Assembly: GCF_009914755.1 (NCBI RefSeq)
Contig: NC_060926.1
DNA: 64,000 bases
Strand: one strand, 5' to 3'
Origin: the human T2T-CHM13v2.0 reference genome, Homo sapiens
Shown here: piece after piece, positions 1 through 14,059 of the stretch
Numbering within the stretch: the first letter of the stretch is position 1
Layout of the letters: the number at the start of each line of letters is the position of its first letter
Program-made: the position numbers and the translations under genes
The notes under the pieces: model-generated
Seen by the model: the letters and a program-made list of their open reading frames with translations, nothing else
Told to the model about the DNA's origin: nothing
The model's database searches: none

Positions 1-1519
1 TTTTTCAATATATGAGATTTATCTCGATATTGTATGGTTAATAGTGTTAGTTGCTGTTACTCTGTTCTAAAAAGTGAGGCTAAATTGTAGCAAAATGATA
101 TACCTTTTGTTTTGCAGAAATCTCCCAAAGAAAAGCCATAGTTCAGGTTAAAGCAGTTAAGCCTATGGCATTTCCTTTAGCAAAATCGCAATAAAAGATA
201 AACTAGGTAGTTAAATAATCCTAAGGGTTAGATTACACGAGCAGTCCAACTTGTTTCAAGTAAGCATTGAATACATTCTTATTGAGTAAATAATCTGTTT
301 CCCATTTGTAACTTTCTTCAGACTTACCCTCTATAATGACTCTTCAGTGAACAACTTTTTGCTAGAATGACTCTGGCAAAATGCTAATATTTTGGACAAT
401 GACTTGAAAAATTGTCTAACAACCTTTCCACCAAAAAACATAATATAAAAATGGGCATTTCAACATTGTGATTTCAGGCAATGACACATTTGACAATTTA
501 CTTGACATAACAATTTTTAGTCAGATCCAAATATATGCATCGCATTTGAATTGCCTTCCATGTATGGATGAATCCAAAGCATTTTGCTCTCTGTACATAC
601 CCTAAAGTACTTCTGCCTGCTATTCTCTTCATCTCTAAGCAAGAGATGAAGATGCAGTATCTTCTGGGAGTCTTCTGTCTGTTATGCCTCTATATACTTA
701 ATCTGTATTTTACCCAAAGGTGTTTTTCTGGGATAATTTTACTTTAAGTGCAAAATAATCATGAGCCCCCCAAGTTTGAAATATTAGTGAAAAAAATGTT
801 TCAGAAATAAGGAAAATAAAGGAAGTACAACATTGCCATTTATATATAAGCTGTATTTGTTTACTCCCAAATTGCTGTTTATTACTAATAAAAACAGATT
901 TTTATTCAATTGATATATTTTTCTAGCTGTGAAAATTGTTTGGGTATCTTGTGTTGAGATGAAACATATCATAATTTTTCCATTAAATTTAATGAAAACT
1001 TTTTTTTTTCATTTAAAATCTCTTTACTTAATGGTAGGGTTTTCAGGTACTAATGAAAGTCATTTAAGCAAGGGAGAGGTGTGCTTGAGACACTTAATGA
1101 GTACTAACGAAGCCCTGTGTGGAATATCCTGCAGTTTGAGAAGCCATCACTGTAAATTAGAAGTCTTGGCAATTTTGTTATTGTTTCTTACCTGACTTTT
1201 ATCTAAGTTGAGTTCTTTTGCAATATAGCTGTCAAATTTTCGACTCTCCTTTTCTATCTGCCACTTCTCATGAGCTTTATTTAACAAGAGGAACAAGTTA
1301 GCAACATCACCTGACTTTGCTAACTTAACATTATTTATCACACCAATTCACTAATATTTATGAAATAATTTAGATGGTTGATATTCTTCTATTATTTCTC
1401 CATTTTAAATTATTAACCATAAATCTTTGTTTTCTATAATTGAACACATATTTAATCAGTAACAAGTTTTGCCTTGAAGCTATTTTCAATCTTATATCTT
1501 AACTGCTTATCATAGAAAA

Positions 1520-2520
1520 AAAAGACTAATTAATAAGCCAAGTATTCAACTTAAGTTAGAACAATGGAGCAAACATAAAGGAGTGAAAGAAGGAAACGGT
1601 AAAGAAAAGAGCAGAATTGGTGAATTAGAAAACAAATTATAGAGAACTTCAAAAAGCCAAAAGCTGATTATATTAAAAGATGAATTAAATAGACAGTCTT
1701 TGACAAGAATGATAACGATAAGCCATGTATAATTAATATTAGGAACAAAAGTGGGTAGAACTACAGATACGACAGAGATTTAAACATCATAAGAGAATAG
1801 CATAAACAAATATATGCTGGTAAACTAGTTAGAAAACATGGACACTTTTCTAGCAAATTGGTTTATGAAGATATAGAAAATCTATAGTATAAATATATAA
1901 GTACAAATATGTAAAAAGAAACTGAATCAGTAGTTAAAAGTCTACACAACACAGACATACATACTATGAAATACACACACCATACTATATACACACACAC
2001 ACTATGATATACACACACACATACACTCATCCAGGCCCAGATGGTTTTACAGATGAGTTATAACAATCCTTCAAAAAACTAATAATCATAAAACTGGAAA
2101 AAAAGAAAAAAGTACAAATGATCTTTATGGAAACTTTTCTAAACTTTTCAAAATTTAATGCTCTCTAGGTCACTTTATGATGCTAATATACCTTGATTAA
2201 AAACAATGAAAAGACCTGGGTACAGTGGCTCAGACCTGTCATCCTAGAACTCTGGGAGGCCAAGGCAAGAGGATTTGAGGCCAGCTTGGGCAAAAAAGTG
2301 AGACTTCATCTCTACAAAAAATAAACATTAAAAAAATTGAAAAGAAATATATGAGAAAGAAATGTTGCAGGATAACACACTTCATGAACACGAAGACAAA
2401 TATATAAATTTAATATTGGCAAAAATAAAGCAATATATAAATAAATCATAGACAATTATTTCCCCCAGAAATATAGGAATGGGTTAACAGAAAATCTTTG
2501 ACTATAATTTATCACATTAA
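1520..2520 (+). mobile_element. Old L1M ORF2-region fragment, interrupted by a CA-rich tract and a FLAM
   Basis: A-rich L1 ORF2-like text such as 'ccaggcccagatggttttacagatgagt' and 'actacagatacgacagagatt'. Boundaries approximate. Confidence 0.65.
2213..2330 (+). mobile_element. Alu monomer (FLAM-like), degenerate
   Basis: 'cagtggctcagacctgtcatcctagaactctgggaggcc...gagacttcatctctacaaaaaataaa'. Confidence 0.8.
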
Positions 2521-4194
2521 CTGTACTGTTAAATTTAATTACCAGATTTTGATTGACAGAAGTGTCAGACACAGACACTGCCTAGGTAAATCAAATACAT
2601 CTAGAGAAGGAAGTCATCCTAAATTTGAGAAGTGTATGATTCAGCTTTAACCTTTGAGTTTAAATTTTAAACAATATAGGATTTTAAAAAAAATCTTTAC
2701 AAAAGTGATACCTATTTTTCCTTTGTCTCAAACATACTATTCTTTACATTTCTTTTTGAGCCCTTCTAATAAGATAAATAATGATAGTAATCAGAATAAG
2801 AGCTAATATTTATCTATTGCTTTTGATAAAATTTGATGATAAACCTCTGAAGGAAACTAAGCTACAGTGTTGCATAGCACGACCTTCGCATATTCAGTCA
2901 CAGCTAAAATGGTGTTAGAACAACATCACTTTAAACATAGTGAATTTACAGTTATACTTTCCATCAACTTAATAGTATGAATATACACTACTGTATATAT
3001 CTATATAATCTTCATATTTTCCATAGTATTTCAATGAGTTGGTTCACTTAAGTATTTCTAATGGTTAGACATTATTTCCAAGTTTTGCTATCATAAATAC
3101 TTGGCTATGACGCAGCTATTTTTAAAATTCTTTTGAACAATTTCCTCTTGGGATGTAGAGCCAGGAATAGGATTTCAAAATGTAAACATTTGAATATTTT
3201 AATATTTTGCCATACACTGCCAGATTTCTCTCTAAAAAGACTGCAATGATTTACAACGATCCCTTTTAAACGGACAAAATTCCAGAGCTATAAAAAAAGG
3301 ACTGATGTTTAAATTTGTGGAAGTCTGTAGATAGTTGGCTATATGGCTCTGTAAGAAATTCTAAATGGGTAAAACTTATTTGCATGTTAATGCGATGATA
3401 TGACTTTTTTTCTTAAAAATGATATGAACTGAGGATCAGTTCTGAGCCCTTCTTTAATTTTTTTAATGTTTTATTTCTTTTATTAAGCAGGATTGATAAT
3501 AGATACATTTCATACATAGTTAATGAAAAGATGTCATATATAAATGCAAATGGCTTTTTACCTGTGGTGCGCCATGGATACAGGACAGCTTGTATTTATT
3601 ACTGCATTTTCAACAGCCATATATTTTCTTTTTAATTGCCTTTTGCTAATATCATTTGTCCTAGAAAGACATTTTCATACAAAGTACCTAATGAAGCTCT
3701 GATTAATAAGCATTAAAAATCATTATGAAAACTTTCAAATAGGAAAAAATAGGACAAATAATTCAATAAGCTATACCCATCACTCGATTATGAGGATTTT
3801 GCTGTGTTTGCTGCATCTACCCCCTACTTCTTTGCTGATTTAGTTTAAGGCAAATTCCAAACCTAATATCAATTCTTCCCTGTAAACTTCAGTATGCCTT
3901 TCTAAAGGGGAAAAAAAACCCAAAACTATTTTCCCACAGTGCTACTAGCACAATGAACATTAAAAATAATTATTTGCTATCACCTTATACACAGCTCAGA
4001 ATTACCCTTCCCTAATTTTAAAAAGTCTCTTAGAAATGATTTTTCAGAATAAGGATTCAAAGAAGTTGACATGTTTGGAGGGGTCATACCTCGGAAGTCT
4101 CTTTTCACGTAAAGCACTCTTCTTGTTAGCTTTTTCTCCAGGCTATTGACTTGCTATAGATGTTCTATAAAATGCTCATGCTCTGGATTTGGCG

Positions 4195-4505
<311 letters not shown>

Positions 4506-5949
4506 ATCTGCTTTCTTTCGATGTTATAATTGTTCCTCCTTTCCACCTATTTCCTGTAAATGAAAGTTCTGGGAGTTTGATTAGATTCAGATTCAACTTC
4601 TTGGTCAGAATATTGCTTAGGTGGGTCTACATGCTTTCTATTCATCACATTGGGAGGTACTATGCCAGGTGGCCCCACTAGTTGTAACACAAATTGATCA
4701 GTGATTTCTGGTGGTGACAGCCTGATGCCTCCCACTGAAAAGTTTGCCATCGACCTGTTACCTAATGGTTTTATATATTGATGGTTATTGCTTGAATCAA
4801 TGCTTTCATTTGGGTTGCAAAATGGTCATATTCTAATATTACAATTCCTTTAACATTTATTAGTTGAAATTCCTCTGTAAAGAAAAACTTTCTCCTACGA
4901 TGGAATGAAACTTTCATAAATATTTCAATCCAATGTAAGGGAAAACATAATATGATATTTTTTATTTCTATGGATGTGTCTTCGTTTATCCTCTGATTCA
5001 ACATTTAGCCTTATGATGCTTTTACTGAAGACTTATTTGATCACCTGCACATTAATATTAAAATTTCAAACTGCATGAAAAGAGAATACTTAAAAGAGAA
5101 TCCCATCTCGCCACTTGATACATTGTTTCCCTCCGATTCCATTTGTAGGACTGTTACATTCTTTTGCAAATCTATCATTTTTTCCCTCTTAGAGGCAAGG
5201 TGAAAGGCAATCATCCTTAGCTTATTTCCATAATGCAAATACAAAGGAATATGGAAACCAGATTAATTGATTAGATTAGTTCATCTCTCTCTCTCTTTTT
5301 TTTAATCCTACCAGCTGTCTCTTCACGGAGTGAAATATCCAACATCTTTGCACTGCTGCTCCTAAAGCAGCTCTGCTCACAGATGGTGGCTTGAAGGAAT
5401 CCCATAGTTCATCATTAAATGTGGATGTCAAAATTTCTGAACATGCTGTGAGGAAATTGTTTAATTTTTTCTCTTCTTTGGTGCTAACTCAGTTAAAAAG
5501 AAAAACCAAGAAGAAGTGCTGTAGGTTAGTATCGATGGTATCTTAGAGAAATAAGTGTGAGAAAAATGACAGACCTCTGTTCAGAGAGCTGATTTTATGG
5601 TACCAGCCAGCATCATTATTCATCTCCTGCATCTCTAAAGTCAAACTTTGAAGAAAGTTTTTGGTATCATTATTGTCCTTAAAAACAGGTGAATGTTTGT
5701 GTGTTTGAAACTGTTGCAAGGTTGTCATGGATAAATGATATTTGAGATAAAATAATGTTCTACAAAATCTTTTAGTGCAGGGAAGCAAATTGCCAAAAGT
5801 CAAGTGAATGGCGATTTAAGAAGTTTAATGCTTCCAGATAAACAAAAGGCTTTCAAATAAATTTACATGGATATTAACTGAATTGCTTACTTTTGTGGCA
5901 ACGTTTTGTTCTTTCTAATTCACTGGGCTTTAGACATACTGACCATTTG

Positions 5950-6250
5950 TGTGTCCTCAAATATGTAAGGCATTTCTTTGTCTCACAGCCTTTGTAGATG
6001 TTGTTTCCTCAGCTTGCAATAATTTTCTCCAAAGCATGTTTTTTTGGTCCCGTATTTATTCAGCTCAATGCCACCTCCTTAGAGAAACTTCACTTAGTCT
6101 CTTCTTGTCACTCTTTACTTCCTTATCCTGAATACTTATTGTTCTCCATGGTGCTTAACGTTCTTTACTTGTTTATTGTCGAATGCCTTTTCCAGAATGT
6201 GAGCTTCATGAGAACGTCTGCTGTATCCTCTGGAATATGGTCAGCACCGG
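5950..6250. mobile_element. L2 3'-region fragment
   Basis: L2-type motifs 'cagctcaatgccacctccttagagaaac' and 'gaatgtgagcttcatgaga'. Confidence 0.55.
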
Positions 6251-6265
6251 GGTGAGTTAGAATTG

Positions 6266-6380
6266 ACGAGTTAAGGGGTGCAGCACACCAGCATGGCACA
6301 TGTATACATATGTAACTAAACTGCACATTGTGCACATGTACCCTAAAACTTAAAGTGTAATAATAATTTAAAAAAAAAAA
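6266..6380 (+). mobile_element. Young, heavily 5'-truncated L1PA2/3-like 3' end with A tail
   Basis: 'ggtgcagcacaccagcatggcacatgtatacatatgtaac...gtaccctaaaacttaaagt' plus A tail. TSD AGAATTG at 6259-6265 and 6381-6387. Confidence 0.9.
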
Positions 6381-6387
6381 AGAATTG

Positions 6388-6870
6388 GTTTTTGATTCTG
6401 GGATACAGAAAATACAACCAAGAGAGCCTTTAACTAGATAATCTTCACTGATACTTTAGAAGAATCTCAGTTGTCAGTTGTCACATGGTTAAGGAAAAGT
6501 CTCAAGACTTTTTCTCTATATCCGCACTGCCAGCTTTGGTGTGTTGTTCTTTGTCCTTATGTTTTTGACTCATGGATATAAGATGGCTGCCTCAGTTTCA
6601 GGCATTATGTTTACAAGTGAAGCAGAAAGAGAAGGTAAGGGGTGGTACTAGCAATATTTATCACTTCTATGAGGCAGCAGAGATGTTTCTCTAAACTCCT
6701 CAGCTGACTGGTACTTACCTCTCATTGAATAGAACCGTGTCATATAGCCACCCCTACTGGAAAGGAATTCTGGAAAGTGAATATTGAAAATATCTAAATT
6801 CTAAAGCAGAGGTGAGCCAAGGGGAAGGGGCATGTGAGTGGCCATTGGGATAGCTAGTATCTATCACAGT
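6388..6870. mobile_element. Old MaLR LTR (MLT1-like) fragment
   Basis: 'atggctgcctcagtttcaggcatt' and 'catatagccacccctactggaaaggaattctggaaagtga'. Confidence 0.55.
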
Positions 6871-6952
6871 AGCCAAAAAAAAAAAAAATTGCTGAATTAA
6901 TAAATGAATATTAATCTAACAGCAAGAGTTGTGTTAGCTCAAGAATGCAAGA

Positions 6953-7303
6953 GGCCAGGTGTGGTGGCTCACACCTGTAATCCCAGCACTTTGGGAGGCT
7001 GAGGCAAATGGATCACGTGAGGTCAGGAGTTCTAGACCAGCCTGGCCAACGAGGCTGAGGCAAGTGGATCACGTGAGGTCAGGAGTTCTAGACCAGCCTG
7101 GCCAACATGGCGAAGGCCCGTCTCTACTAAAAAAAAATGCAAAAATTAGCCGGGCTTGGTGGCACGTGCCTGTAATCCCAGCTACTCGGAGGCTGAGGTG
7201 GGGGAATCGCTTGAACTCAGGAGGGGAAGGTTGCAGTGCGCCAAGATCATGCCACTGCACTCCAGACTGGGCAACAGAGCAAGACTCTGTCTCAGAAAAA
7301 CAA
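6953..7303 (+). mobile_element. AluS with an internal 56-bp tandem duplication
   Basis: Alu body with 6995-7050 repeated at 7051-7106. TSD AATGCAAGA at 6944-6952 and 7304-7312. Confidence 0.95.
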
Positions 7304-8911
7304 AATGCAAGAAACGGTGTAAATTTGGGTTTATCAATATTAACTCCTATAAGAAAAATCTTATCTTTGGAGAGTATAAGCACTAGGAATCAAATACAAT
7401 GAAAAATTATAACAAATGAAATAGAATAATATAAAATAAAATTAATATAATAGAATGAAAATGATAGAAGCATGTGGTCATTGTTTGTAAAGGACAAAAC
7501 TTCCTAGGGAGGTCATACAGCCTAGTGATTAAATAACTCAGCAGAAAATTTGGATTCTAGACCATCCATGTAAGTTACTTAATTTCCCTAAGGCTCAGTT
7601 TTTAAAATCCTTATTTTAAGATAATGAAGTATCTACTTCATTTAGGACTATAAAACTAAAATTAGAAAACATATGCAAAATAATATAGTCTACATCCTAG
7701 CACTTTACTGAAAAGAAGTCCAAAATTTATATATAAAACTAAGTGAAAAATTATGGGTATCCAGATTTACTTTTCATGATCCTAACTGTTCTTTAGAAAA
7801 TTATATTCTGTTTGTTGTGATATTTTACCCTTTTAACATTTCAAATAAAGTCTAATCTTCTTTCTATGTTACTTTTATAACTTATTTTCAAAATGGCAAA
7901 AAATAGTTGAGTATATTATTGGGCAATCTTAAGGTTATTCTGCTTAAAAGAACAAATGGGTTAAAAAAAGAGGACAAATGGGTTTAATAGTTTAAATTAT
8001 GAAATTTTCTGAGGCTAATGTAAAACTGTAGTTTGTCATTAGCTTTTTGTGGTCCATTAGTTACAGTGTTTAGAAGTTGAATGCCACCTGGGTAAGGACA
8101 CATTAGATTATTTTCTGTGGGCATGTCTATCTGGATATAGTGCTGACTCTGTTATTCTTTCTTCTAATGTATTCAAGTTGGCATGGAAGTGAAAGACATA
8201 ATTCTCATTACATGTGCTAAGCCAGGCAGCAAGGGAAACAAGCCTGACTAAATGCTTGGATTTCACCCAATGGTGCAGCAAACTAATGTTGTTTCTGAAA
8301 ATGAAAACTGTGTCTGTATTTGTCAGCTGGAAATGTCCAGGGCTTTAGAGAAAGTATGCAATAAATGGAGGACACTGTTCACTAAGTTAACCCCTTTTCA
8401 GTCAAAGGCACTGAAATGAAGTTCTCTGTGAATAATCAAGGTGCTTTTTGTTAATAGCATGGAACATTTTGGTGATTTTATGCTGAAGGGCACTTTGTAT
8501 GACATTTTCATTTTAACTTGGTGCCTTCCTTGGCAGCAGCAGCTAATAAAATTAGATTTTTAAAAAAGTGTCAGAAACTGTTCAAATAACTCTTATAGGT
8601 CAATTATGTTAGCTATAGTTAAAAAATTGGCACCTTCAATAGTTGTAGTTGTCTTTATTAATTACAAACATTGAACTTGATCTTTTTTGTGATTAAAAAA
8701 TTATTTTACTGTATTTGTGTTGGAATTAATCTTAAATATTGGCCTGATTTTGAAATACTCACCTCACAGTTACACATTTTTATTTCCTTCTCTGCTTAAA
8801 AGCTTTCCCATCTTGTTTCTCATTATCTTGCCCTATACTCACTAAGCTTGTAGAATGCATGATTATTTATTGGAATATGTGATAGTTCAATGCCTATAAT
8901 CAATAAGTACC

Positions 8912-9297
8912 TGTATTAGTTCATTCTCAAATCATTATAAAGATACTACCCAAGACTGGGTGATTTGTAAACAAAAGAGGTTTAATTGACTCACAGTTCT
9001 GCATGGCTTAAGAGGCCTCAGGAAACTTACAATCATGATGCAAGGTGAAGAAGAAGCAGGCACCTCTTCACAGAGCAGCAGAAGAGAGAATGGACAAGAG
9101 AGGAACTACCAAACACTTATAAAACCATCAGGTCTTGTGAGAACTCACTTACTATCAAGAGAACAGTATGGAAGAAACCGCCTCCATGATCAAAACACCT
9201 CCTTCCCTTGATATGTTGGGATTACAGGTCCTTCCCTTGACACATGATTACAATTCAAGATGAGACTTGGGTGGGAACACAGAGCCAAACCATATCA
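8912..9297 (-). mobile_element. MaLR solo LTR (MSTA/THE1-like)
   Basis: 'tgtattagt...ccaaaccatatca' with TG...CA ends. Perfect 5-bp TSD GTACC (8907-8911, 9298-9302). Confidence 0.92.
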
Positions 9298-11394
9298 GTA
9301 CCTATTAGAAAAGTAGCAGGTTTATTGAAGACATCCCCATGAAAACTTATCAGCCAAAATTCCTTATATTTTACAAATATGGAACAATGTCACAAATGAA
9401 CTTTGTGTGAGAATAATTAATTGTGCATAAATGGTTAATACTGTCAATAGAATTAAGACTTTATTCAGGAAATTTGCATTTCATATTAATTTGATAAATC
9501 TTTTTTTCTTAATTTACTGAGAGAACACTGAAACTCTCTTTTCTAAATAAATTCTTCCAGAGATGTCATGCACAATTACTAACATAATGAGATTTCTATG
9601 TTCTTTGACATCTTCAAAAAGAGTCCCACATTTTTATTTTTATTTTTATTTTTTTGGACTATCATAAAGTGTTCATGGAATTACCATGACTGGTTGCCTA
9701 TTCATTCTGGAAGCCTCAGAGTAACTGAATGAGTAAATGGTTTAAATGGCCCTAGTGGATAGTAATCTGTGCTTTGGGAATTTGCAAAAGCCAGGATCAA
9801 CATAATTACAGCGTATCTTACTTTCAGTTGGACTCTTTGTTCTGAAGGGTTGTAGGAATTAATATGACTGGTTTTGTGTAGTATCTCCATTGCAGTTAGT
9901 ATTCAGAAGTCTTTTACTAACTCTTCTAAAATTTATATTTTATGGTGGCATTTTGTAAGGACTCAGTTTGGGCATGGATTTAGTCATCCTTAATTTTAAT
10001 CAACAAACACTTACTGAGCAGCTACACTCACCTATGGACTCGGTTGAACCTGGCATGCTGTTATTTCTCTCATCTATGCTTTGTCATAGTGAGTTGGTGA
10101 AAGGTTTATTTGGGAACTTGTGGTAAATTGTGCCTGGAGGGTGCTTTAGTCTCCTCTCCCCCAACTCCAGCTGATATGTGAAAGTCACAGGAGGGAAGAG
10201 GTATAAGTTATTATATATAGTATGAATATGAGTTTTGAGATTGAATAATTTTTCAGATTTGAAGATTTGGGAGTTGCATTTCCAATTCTCACTTACAATT
10301 TTGGGAAATATGCATGGGCATAGAATCTACTACATTTTAAGTACTCAAGAAAAAATGAAGCTTAAAGAATCAGAATGCCAGTATCCTTCACAACACTTTT
10401 CTATTTATAGGCTGGCTGCAGCAGCTCCTGGAAAGCTCTGTCCCACTACATTTCACTTCATGTATCTAATTACCTTAGGGAATCTCTCAAGGCTCTGCCG
10501 CAGGGACCCAATCATCTGCTTTGTGTGTCCTTTGCAGATTCCTTGCTTCATATGCAGTTCTTTTCCCTTCTGCAACCTAGTATTGTCCTCTATGTCCTGA
10601 GAGCACCTTCACATGGACTCAGATTTTAATTTTTCTGGCAACCCTGATCTAGGACAAAGACCTGGGTCTACTCCTTGTCCTCCTGGACCCATATAAGCCA
10701 AAAATAAGCCTACATTGATGGACATAAATTTGAAAATATATTTGTTCATACTTTTTATGACTAAGAAAATGACCAGTTCAAATATTAGTTCACTTGAAAT
10801 AACTGCTCATGGGAGGAGATACTTTGGCTTTACTAATTTTTTTTTTTTTACTCATCATCTTACAGTTTTGAAGAGCTCAAAAAGAAACTTTAATTTAAGA
10901 AAAAACCTTATCTAAGATTTTAATATCTTCTCATCAATTCTGAAAAAATAATCCTTTAGAAAATGGACTACCTGTAGTTTTCCTGTGTGTGCCAAAATCC
11001 ATTAAAATGATATCAGAAGTAAGTGTGAAGAGCCAAGTTTCCAAGGGCTTATTGTTGTGTAGTACGAGCCAAAACACAGCCTTACAAAATGAAACAGATT
11101 TATTTAGTAATAGAATGAACAGAACAATAGGAATCACAGCAAGAGATAAGTGGAGAACAGGTGGCAATGAACTACAATCAGTATGCCAAAAGAAGGTTGG
11201 TGATGTTACTAAATCACAGATATCAATCAATGTGGAAGCCATCATTGCATATCATACTCCTGGACAGGAAAAAACCCTTTTAAGACACTCTTTTTTAAAG
11301 GTTGTTGCTCACCTGCTGCACCCCCTCTGGCCACAAAATATTGATTGCAATTGTCAGCAGGGACTGCTAGGTTCGAGTACATTTTGTTTGTTCG

Positions 11395-12140
<746 letters not shown>

Positions 12141-12973
12141 AAATTGGAGGTAAGTGCGGACTTTGTAATAAAATGGAAGCAACATTTTTAAAGTTGTGCT
12201 GCAGCTTGAACAGAGAGAGAGAGTAAAATGGTTGAGCAAAAGAGTGGAAAATTGAATCTGAGTTGTAAAAAGTCAATGTTTTTTTTAAAGAAAACAAATG
12301 TCTAATACTCAATTGTAAACTTTCTATAGTGTTGATATGCTGTCTCCCTTGCTCTTACCTCTGAATCTCTATTGAAGTCAGTCACTGACAGCTGACATGT
12401 AAATTTGTTGAGAGAATGAGGAAGAAATCCAGGAGATGGGGCCATGTTCCATGTTTGGGTTGACACCAGTGAACAAGACTTATAGGAATCACAGAAAGCA
12501 GAGAAGAGAACAAAATTTCAGAAGAAGTAGGAAGTTAATCAGAGAAAACCCAGAAAAGTCTTGAGACTTTATTACACTCATAGGGAAGGCACTGGAAATT
12601 CCACAAATCATTCACAAAAGTTTCAGTGGTATTTATGTACATCTTTAGATGCAGGGAAGCCCTAGTTGGCATGCGAAGACCACAATGAATGAATCACTAC
12701 TGTGAAATATGACTAAAGCGTTTAAAAAACATTTATAAGTAAATCAGTTATTTAGGAAGAGTGGTTTTCTTTTTTCTTTCTTTCTTTCTTCTTCTTCTTT
12801 TTTTTTTTTAAAATACATGATGACCTCAGTTGTCCCTGAGCATCCATTGGTCTGGGTTTGGTTTGGGAAGAATAAGAAAAAAATGCAAAAAGAACAAAGA
12901 CAATATTTAACTGCCCATGTTCAAAATTAAGATTTTGCAGATTTTAAAAGCAGGCTGTTGTCTTGAGAAAGGA

Positions 12974-13270
12974 TTTTTTTTTTTTTTTATAAGACAGTCT
13001 TGCTCTGTCACCTAGACTGGAGTGCAGTGGCACAATCTTGGCTCACTGTAACCTCTGTCTCCCTGTCTCAAGCGATTCTTTCACCTCAGCCTCCTGAGTA
13101 GCTGGGACTACAGGTATGCAGCACCACTTCAGGCTAATTTTTGTATTTTTTGTAGAGGTGGGGTTTCATCATGTTGCCCAAGCTGGTCTCGAACTCCAGA
13201 CCTCAAGCAATCTGCCCGCCTTGGACTCCCAAAGTGCTGGGGTTGCGGGAGTGAGCCACGATGCTCAGCC
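12974..13270 (-). mobile_element. Alu (J/S)
   Basis: Antisense Alu body. Flanking repeat AGAAAGGATTTT on both sides. Confidence 0.93.
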
Positions 13271-13673
13271 TCAGAAAGGATTTTCTAAATTCCAAATGAA
13301 ATAGCTCTCTGTTCTGAGGCTGGCTTTTCATTTCATAATAGCTTGAAGCACTCCAAAAATACTAATTAGAATTTTTACTTTTGAGATTGCATCTCTGCGA
13401 TGTATTATTTTTAATCCATCCAGGGTCACATTTTTCTATTTCATCCTGTTTTCCTTAGATGTCTGTTGAGTTTTTGTTGAACTATCATATCTTTAAAATG
13501 AGAATTTTTAAAGATTCAGGGAAATAGCTGGTATAGGATCTTTGCAGAAGGTCTGTCTTGAATGGCATGATTGACTATAGACTTCCCTTTAGGGTCCATC
13601 AGTGGAGATTGGTAGGCTATCCTGGAACTCCCACTATTTTTCAAGTAAGGTTTTACTGTGGGTGATATGAGAT

Positions 13674-14059
13674 TGTATTAGTTTGCCAGGGCTGTCATTG
13701 CAAAATGTCACAGACTGGGTGGCTTAAACAACAAAAAATAATTTTCTCATAACTCTAGAGGCAGGAAGTCCATGACCAAGTTTTTGTCAGGGTTGCTTTC
13801 TTCTGAGGCCCCTGTCCTTGGCTTATAGATGGCCATCTTTTTCCTTTGTCTTCACATGTTTTTCCCTGTGTGCCTATCTGCCTCCTAAGCTCTTCTTGTA
13901 AAGAGGCCAACTATATCGGATTAGGTCCCACACAAATGGCTTCATTTTAACTTACCACTTTAGAGACCTCATCTGCAAACACTATAGGAACATTATGAGG
14001 TTTGGGGAGTTAGAAACTTAACATACGAATTTGAGGGAGGACAAAAGCCACCTATAACA
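13674..14059 (-). mobile_element. MLT1A/B-like MaLR solo LTR
   Basis: 'tgtattagtttgccagggctg...cagactgggtggcttaaacaac...ctataaca'. Confidence 0.85.

Noticed and set aside
626-652. 11-bp inverted repeat TCTTCATCTCT/AGAGATGAAGA
   Set aside because: A stem of this length is expected by chance in 64 kb of AT-rich DNA.
6959-7402. 147-aa ORF and other Alu-overlapping ORFs (e.g. 40784-41074, 47742-48053, 53983-54258)
   Set aside because: They are translations of Alu sequence, not genes.
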